From an uncultured virus (IMG/VR IMGVR_UViG_3300030060_000981) (Duplodnaviria > Heunggongvirae > Uroviricota > Caudoviricetes): a stretch of DNA of 20,000 nt. Made by a program: the position numbers and the translations under genes. The notes beneath the pieces were generated by a model, which was not told the DNA's origin, searched no databases, and was given only the letters and a program-made list of their open reading frames with translations. Shown here piece after piece: positions 15,901 through 20,000 of the stretch. The stretch spans positions 58,681-78,680 of the IMG/VR virus record IMGVR_UViG_3300030060_000981. One strand, given 5' to 3'. Numbering within the stretch: the first letter of the stretch is position 1; every line of letters begins with the position of its first letter.

Positions 15901-16968
15901 TAACATATGACTATATCCACTATTACCATAATCTTTTATCCATACCATTCCACCATCACCGTCTGCACCAGTCTCAGGTCCGAACGATGTATCAACAAAT
16001 GGTCCTTGTGTTGCTGTATTTGTATCTCCAGTTATATTACGTGGAACAAAGTCACCACCAGTTCCCAAGTTCTTGCCAGGTCCAGCAGTCACATCATTCA
16101 TTGGAAGATAAATGATCGGATTCAATGATGCTAAGTTAGTTACAGGTTGACCAGCAGCAGTTCTGAATAACCTACGATTTGATTCTGTGCTTAAATTCCT
16201 ATATGTATGATCGAGATATAAATGAGCCATCCAACCTTGGAGACTAGAACCAGCAGCGTTAGCCATATTAGTTCCAATTCTATGTGTTTCTGTGCCACTG
16301 GGAGCAAAATTTATATTTTGATTACTATAAACATCCCAAGATAGTGAACTGGTTTTATTAACACCATCAACATAAACATATCTATATGAAGTACTAGACA
16401 TATCAATGGATATTAAAACATGATGCCATTGTCCTTCAGTCAAGAAATAAGGACTACCTGAATATGCATCCAACAATCTTGTATTACTATTAGGTTCCCA
16501 AGCATTAAGATAAATTGTTCCATTAGCACCAATTCCAATTTCAAATGCAGTTCCAGAATAATCAGATCCTTTTACACAATATGCATTAGTTCCTATAGCA
16601 TCATCATTCCAAAATACCCAAAAACTACAAGTAAATGTTTTACCATCCGCATTACCTGTTAGATTACTAGTCCTACTCAAACTACTTACTTGTCTACTAA
16701 AATCACCATCATCATCCCTCAATTGTACAAACTTAGAACTACCTCCATATCCATTATTTCCCAAATTAAGACCATTTTGTCTTACTTGTGCTCCAGAATT
16801 TCTACTATTATTAATTCCAGGAGTTCCACCTATCCATGTATCAATAGCAAACACTTCATCCATATAGTTCAATTTAGGAACTATTGTACTTACATAAGAT
16901 GCTGGTCCTCCTCCTAACCCCGAAACACCAAGAAATGGAGATTGCTTTCTATGTCTTATTTCAGTCAT
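12946..16968 (-). CDS. Large virion surface protein with two LamG domains (paralog of 5432-8128)
   Basis: 1340 aa. Same KQSPFLG start, WxK modules and YIYYAH end as the 898-aa protein. LamG signatures FTCSFWV...WHHVLIS...YVDG and DFTAECFF...WYHAAIV...LYING...VSNFRY. Confidence 0.75.
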   Translation of the reverse strand: MTEIRHRKQSPFLGVSGLGGGPASYVSTIVPKLNYMDEVFAIDTWIGGTPGINNSRNSGAQVRQNGLNLGNNGYGGSSKFVQLRDDDGDFSRQVSSLSRTSNLTGNADGKTFTCSFWVFWNDDAIGTNAYCVKGSDYSGTAFEIGIGANGTIYLNAWEPNSNTRLLDAYSGSPYFLTEGQWHHVLISIDMSSTSYRYVYVDGVNKTSSLSWDVYSNQNINFAPSGTETHRIGTNMANAAGSSLQGWMAHLYLDHTYRNLSTESNRRLFRTAAGQPVTNLASLNPIIYLPMNDVTAGPGKNLGTGGDFVPRNITGDTNTATQGPFVDTSFGPETGADGDGGMVWIKDYGNSGYSHMLYDTVRGPLKQLYSDGASQAGNETNTLKSFNRDGFTLGTSGLVNTSGHKIVSYSWKKSEGFFDIIEYTGNNSSTQTIAHNLKAIPGVIMVKCTSESQDWAVYHSGLATANNDAPAKQLRLNATDAAQSTSDYWNGFYPTTTQFQVGNNDRVNKNGATYIAYIFGGGPDPNAGCGYFNASGSKRLGNGIASTDLMAGTGDFTAECFFRAESQTQGGIFSLGKDAQFETNKGRSITLGYNWNSDDQVFVFGANRGSSEIKTKEPGNFLLNQWYHAAIVKESNVLKLYINGRLQQFSDASQGYSDTYDYENIYVLIGGAFATSNMFDGMVSNFRYTKGQALYTADFKPPTRTLTTTSQGAIPSNVKILCLTDASNVNGAVVSPNIVAGTINDGTIWSTKYSGTVTSKHAIFDGTTTSYADGQSGTQTLTFSPAITASSIRFNMSRGGSATLTWQVNGGSSQSQEYQAQTWYDVVSSETTVSSITFTVAGSTAFYAIDVDGVYLKDPMPGQVQANRGGKCSPFTDPNSQKFGLNRDQEIIKCGVYKSDANSGLSMIDDIGFKPQWILTKKTNATGDWIIMDTMRGWHHTTNRYLAANLSQDEQGPGNYGWPYERGAFPGQSTTLSGTNDDIVWMAIRGADGALEKTHTDGFKTFGLSKGGEQDYIPAYSPEYYGAMRAGLTTSPGFTRGFPVDHAWFREPASNDQIMVGSREWGDGMVGYTAYNYTHGGVDTSFDWKSNIGWRTNSGTGDLHQSWMWKNGRDFQSLIYPGGLNGHIGALDKPKSIQHNLGGEPEMVIVKNLDYASGNHWAVYHKYSQAVDGTGTPENYWGKLNETQDWDNTGSAWNSVWNGTAPTSTHFTIGGNINVQNGANNLAEAHYMQALLFRSVTGVSKLGSYIGNGSTTGPEITLGFKPRVLIIKCSSHPGNWMLFDSYRENTSGNTWYIYLNVQMVQVSNAALYEVTDTTFKLISTNSDVNQDGYRYIYYAHS

Positions 16969-16974
16969 GTTATA

Positions 16975-17832
16975 TTAAGAAGAAGTTTTAACTAAGTTAC
17001 CAATAACAGTAAAGGTAGCATCTGCAGTTTTTATTATAGTATATGCATATAAATCTACACCACTACCTCCACCAGCAGATGGTGCATTTCCTCCAGTCCA
17101 ATTTTCAGTGACTGCACCACCATCAATCGTTAGTTCTGCAGAGTATCCTGCTGCTGCTGCAGTTGTAATAATATTAACTGATATTGCCTCTCCTATATTC
17201 ATCTTACTATTCAATGAAGTAGTAGCATTATACCTCAGATTGGGTGTGGATGTTGTCGTTTCTGCGCTTGTAAAATAATGAATCATCCCATCTTCTAGGT
17301 TTATATTCAGATTGTCACTCAGTTTACCAGCAGTTACTTTTACCGACTCCTTCAAATTACCATTAAAATCTGCTCCTTGAGTGAATGTACCAAACCCAGT
17401 GATCGTAAGTCCTGTATTAATTCCTACACCACCTTGCTGATCATTATAAAGAAGAGTTACATTAGACGGACCATATATCTCTATACCAGAGTTATTCTGA
17501 GTCGCAGATGTTGGTGTTGACGTAGACGCAATACCTACAGTTTTATCTTGTATGTTTAGTTCAGTACTGTTAATAATAGTTTGTGATCCACTAACTGTCA
17601 AGTCGCCTTGAATTGTAGCATTACCACCTATAGTAGTATTGCCAGTTATATTACCTGTCAAGTTTCCAGATACATTTCCAACAACACCACCACTTAATGT
17701 TGCAATTCCAGATAAAACTAATCCACCAGCACCATCTATACTTCTACCTGAAGGAACGATCAACCCATCAGTAAAAGTAGGAGCATCACCTGCTACCCTT
17801 CCTGCTAAACTAGATATCTTTAAGGTTGACAT
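16975..17832 (-). CDS. Tail-fibre-like stalk/adaptor protein (paralog of 8134-9270)
   Basis: 285 aa. GNV/GNL/GNI repeats, shared fibre module, and C-terminal VKVTAGKLSDNLNINLEDGMIHYFT...YAYTIIKT...FTVIGNLVKTSS. Confidence 0.7.
   Translation of the reverse strand: MSTLKISSLAGRVAGDAPTFTDGLIVPSGRSIDGAGGLVLSGIATLSGGVVGNVSGNLTGNITGNTTIGGNATIQGDLTVSGSQTIINSTELNIQDKTVGIASTSTPTSATQNNSGIEIYGPSNVTLLYNDQQGGVGINTGLTITGFGTFTQGADFNGNLKESVKVTAGKLSDNLNINLEDGMIHYFTSAETTTSTPNLRYNATTSLNSKMNIGEAISVNIITTAAAAGYSAELTIDGGAVTENWTGGNAPSAGGGSGVDLYAYTIIKTADATFTVIGNLVKTSS
17395..17610. repeat. Shared fibre module copy C
   Basis: Encodes GDLTVSGSQTIINSTELNIQDKTVGIASTSTPTSATQ...GIEIYGPSNVT...GGVGINTGL. Confidence 0.8.
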
Positions 17833-18623
17833 TAGAGATTACCTCCTATTCTTAAAACGTCTATAACAAGAGTCTTACCAACACCAACTGTAACTCCAAC
17901 ACCAGCAGCTATTCCCATATTAGGGATAACAGTAAAAACTATTGAAGTATTAATACCTGCATTTGATGCATCAAAGGTTATATTCTGATCTATTGTGGTT
18001 TCTGCCTCAACATATGCAAAAGGAGACTTAGTTCCGTTAGCATAACTAATAGCAGTTCCTATTCCATTTATTGTATCAACTCTTGCATCCTTTGTAAATA
18101 CATTTGCTTCCTTACCATCCAAGTTAATGGTGGTTCCAGCACCAACAAAGTTAATAACGGTAATTCCAGTTCCAACACTTGTGTATTGATTATGGACTCC
18201 TATGCCTCGTGTATCAGGTGCTAACTTATTAAAGGTAACTGAGTTATCAGCAACGACGTTCTGAGACATTGCAAACCCTAAGAACACCCCATTGAATGTT
18301 AGTCCACTAGTTGGTGCAGTTGCAAATACAAGAGTAGATCCTGAAATACTATAGTCATCATTTGGATTCTGAACAACACCACCAATACTTATTCTCAGTT
18401 GTTGTGCATTTGCTGGATTAACTGCTACTCCACCATTAGTCATGGCAAAAGAAGTCAGGGATCCATTAAAACCACTTGAAATATCATCTAATTCCTGAAT
18501 ATTTGCTGGTGCAGCAGGAGTTTTACTAATCCACACTGTACCATTATATTCATATGTAAACCCACTAGTGGAATCTGAATAAATATCACCTGTTGACGGA
18601 TTATCTGGAAAATTAAGTGCCAT
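17832..18623 (-). CDS. Virion structural protein (baseplate/fibre-associated)
   Basis: 263 aa. MALNFPDNPSTGD...YEYNGTVW N-terminus and LDDISSGFNG...ISIGGVVQNP..DY...GSTLVFATAP module recurrent in cyanomyophage structural proteins. TAATG coupling to the next gene. Confidence 0.65.
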   Translation of the reverse strand: MALNFPDNPSTGDIYSDSTSGFTYEYNGTVWISKTPAAPANIQELDDISSGFNGSLTSFAMTNGGVAVNPANAQQLRISIGGVVQNPNDDYSISGSTLVFATAPTSGLTFNGVFLGFAMSQNVVADNSVTFNKLAPDTRGIGVHNQYTSVGTGITVINFVGAGTTINLDGKEANVFTKDARVDTINGIGTAISYANGTKSPFAYVEAETTIDQNITFDASNAGINTSIVFTVIPNMGIAAGVGVTVGVGKTLVIDVLRIGGNL

Positions 18624-18640
18624 TATTCATTCTTTTTAAG

Positions 18641-18647
18641 TATTTAG
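18641..18647 (-). promoter_or_regulatory. Late promoter variant CTAAATA
   Basis: Minus strand CTAAATA-CTTAAAAAGA upstream of ATG 18623. Confidence 0.65.
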
Positions 18648-18652
18648 GGTAC

Positions 18653-18681
18653 TTGCTTTTCTTATTTATTTGTATTATAAT
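18653..18681 (+). promoter_or_regulatory. Sigma70-type promoter for the epimerase
   Basis: TTGCTT (18653-18658), 17-nt spacer, TATAAT (18676-18681), upstream of ATG 18696. Confidence 0.7.
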
Positions 18682-18695
18682 CTAAGTAAAAATAA

Positions 18696-19487
18696 ATGAT
18701 CATACTTACAGGACATGAAGGGTTTATTGGTAAGAATTTCTTACGAGCTCTTAAAATATTAGGTAAAGAAGTCTACACAGTTGAGAAGAATGGTAGTTGG
18801 CACTTCAGACAAAGTTTTAATGAGTGGCAAAAAGTAGAACTAATATTACATCAAGGAGCAATATCACATACCACATGCACGAATACTAAAGCATTGAATC
18901 ATTTCAATGTAGAGTTTAGTCAGTGGATACTAGAACAAGCAATCAAATATAAGATACCAATCAAGTATGCATCATCTGCATCAGTCTATGGTCATACTCT
19001 TACAGAAATGAACCCCCTAAACTACTATGCGATATCTAAACTCACAGTAGATTATTGGGTTCAGGATCATATGGATGAGTTTGAACTCGTACAAGGGTTC
19101 AGGTACTTCAATGTTTATGGTGAAGGTGAAGAGGACAAAGGAGATCAAGCAAGTCCTGTTCATAAGTTTACGAAACAGATCAAAGAAGATGGTAAGATTA
19201 AACTATTTGAGGGATCAAAAGATTTCCTCCGTGATTTTATATGGATTGAAGATGTAATGAATATAGTGTTAACGAATAAGAAACCATCAGGTATCTATGA
19301 TCTAGGAACTAGCAATCCTACAAGCTTCCAAGAAGTTGCAGATCTAATTGCATTTAAATATCAAGGACAAATAGAATACATTCCCTTTCCAGAACATCTA
19401 GAAGGGAAGTATCAGAAGTATACTAAAGCTAATAACGAATGGGGTGATTATAAATTTACGACTGTTCGAGAGTATCTCCAGCTATAA
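18696..19487 (+). CDS. rfaD: NAD-dependent epimerase, ADP-L-glycero-D-manno-heptose 6-epimerase-like
   Basis: IILTGHEGFIG Rossmann motif, HQGAIS, YASSASVYG, YxxxK (YAISK), FRYFNVYG, RDFIWIED, GKYQKYTKA, all matching the HldD/GmhD pattern. Confidence 0.8.
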   Translation: MIILTGHEGFIGKNFLRALKILGKEVYTVEKNGSWHFRQSFNEWQKVELILHQGAISHTTCTNTKALNHFNVEFSQWILEQAIKYKIPIKYASSASVYGHTLTEMNPLNYYAISKLTVDYWVQDHMDEFELVQGFRYFNVYGEGEEDKGDQASPVHKFTKQIKEDGKIKLFEGSKDFLRDFIWIEDVMNIVLTNKKPSGIYDLGTSNPTSFQEVADLIAFKYQGQIEYIPFPEHLEGKYQKYTKANNEWGDYKFTTVREYLQL

Positions 19488-19821
19488 CTCGGTTGGAGTC
19501 TTCATCAAAGTGTTGTGTAGAGAACTCAAACAACTCAGAGTCTGCCTGTGCAACCATTTGATGACGTAATCCCCTATAGATATGGAACTTATCACCAGGC
19601 TCCAGCAGAAGGGTCTTAGCATCCTCTAGAGAGTCTGTATCACCATAGAATAAAAGAATACTACCTGACTGCAGNNNNNNNNNNTTTATTTTGTGGTAAT
19701 GCCATGAGCATCTCTTGCCCTTATTAAAGAACAATAACTTACCGCAATACTCATCAGTATTGACGATCCATTTTTCATATCCCCATCCTTTAGGAACGTG
19801 TTTAATTGTTGAAGAAGTCAT
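19456..19821 (-). CDS. Cupin-fold sugar isomerase-like protein (interrupted by an assembly gap)
   Basis: Likely ATG at 19821. KGWGYEKWI...CSWHYHK...HIYRGLRHQM...LFEFST contains cupin metal-binding motifs. Confidence 0.75.
   Translation of the reverse strand: MTSSTIKHVPKGWGYEKWIVNTDEYCGKLLFFNKGKRCSWHYHKIXXXXLQSGSILLFYGDTDSLEDAKTLLLEPGDKFHIYRGLRHQMVAQADSELFEFSTQHFDEDSNRVIAGDTLEQS
19675..19684. other. Scaffold gap (10 N)
   Basis: Run of 10 n characters in the sequence. Confidence 0.99.
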
Positions 19822-19999
19822 CGCAATTAATTCCTTTGTCATCAATGAATAAGTCTGCATGTGGTTTACCCATGATCAATTCATGGTACTTACATCCCCA
19901 TATATCTAGTTGCATCTTGGTTAGGGGTTTCAACACCTCCTCTGCTGCTTTCTTTGCATCATCAATAGGTTTATCACTATTCCTACCCATAGCACGTGC
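19802..19999 (-). CDS. HAD-superfamily phosphatase-like protein, 5'-partial
   Basis: The frame stays open to the right edge (..ARAMGR..). C-terminal YHELIMGKPHADLFIDDK matches HAD motifs III/IV of small capsule-biosynthesis-type phosphatases. Confidence 0.65.
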   Translation of the reverse strand, partial: ARAMGRNSDKPIDDAKKAAEEVLKPLTKMQLDIWGCKYHELIMGKPHADLFIDDKGINCDDFFNN

Positions 20000-20000
20000 A

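Noticed and set aside
8880..17610. Diversity-generating retroelement template/variable repeats
   Set aside because: There is no reverse transcriptase in the window, all copies lie in N-terminal coding regions, and the differences are not adenine-specific.
42..17866. Many short plus-strand ORFs and nested minus-strand ORFs in the track
   Set aside because: They lie inside longer, motif-supported minus-strand genes and read as antisense or alternate-frame shadows.
19675..19684. Apparent deletion or pseudogenisation in the cupin
   Set aside because: It is a 10-N scaffold placeholder. Similar cupins usually have a DETFY-like stretch here, so the true gap is probably slightly longer.

Overview
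AT-rich fragment that most resembles a T4-like cyanomyophage (Kyanoviridae-type). A Prochlorococcus-like marine host is inferred from gene content and low GC, not proven. There are three zones. (1) 1-5430 is a minus-strand early/accessory region of small genes, an SF2 helicase coupled to an N4/N6 DNA methyltransferase, four copies of a palindrome-plus-minus-10 promoter cassette, and a promoter-driven candidate rod-shaped non-coding RNA with a second hairpin (about 1021-1250). (2) 5432-18623 is a minus-strand late block of seven fibre/virion-surface proteins built from duplicated, shuffled modules, with T4 late promoters. (3) 18696-20000 is the edge of a nucleotide-sugar/LPS-like cluster (GmhD-like epimerase, cupin with an N gap, partial HAD-like phosphatase). 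Four genes missing from the ORF track were translated by hand (2-673, 1673-1837, 2140-2313, 5248-5352). The most novel-looking signal is the structured RNA with a duplicated 14-nt motif, near a protein carrying a ligase-type KxDG motif. All family assignments come from motif recognition; no searches were run.
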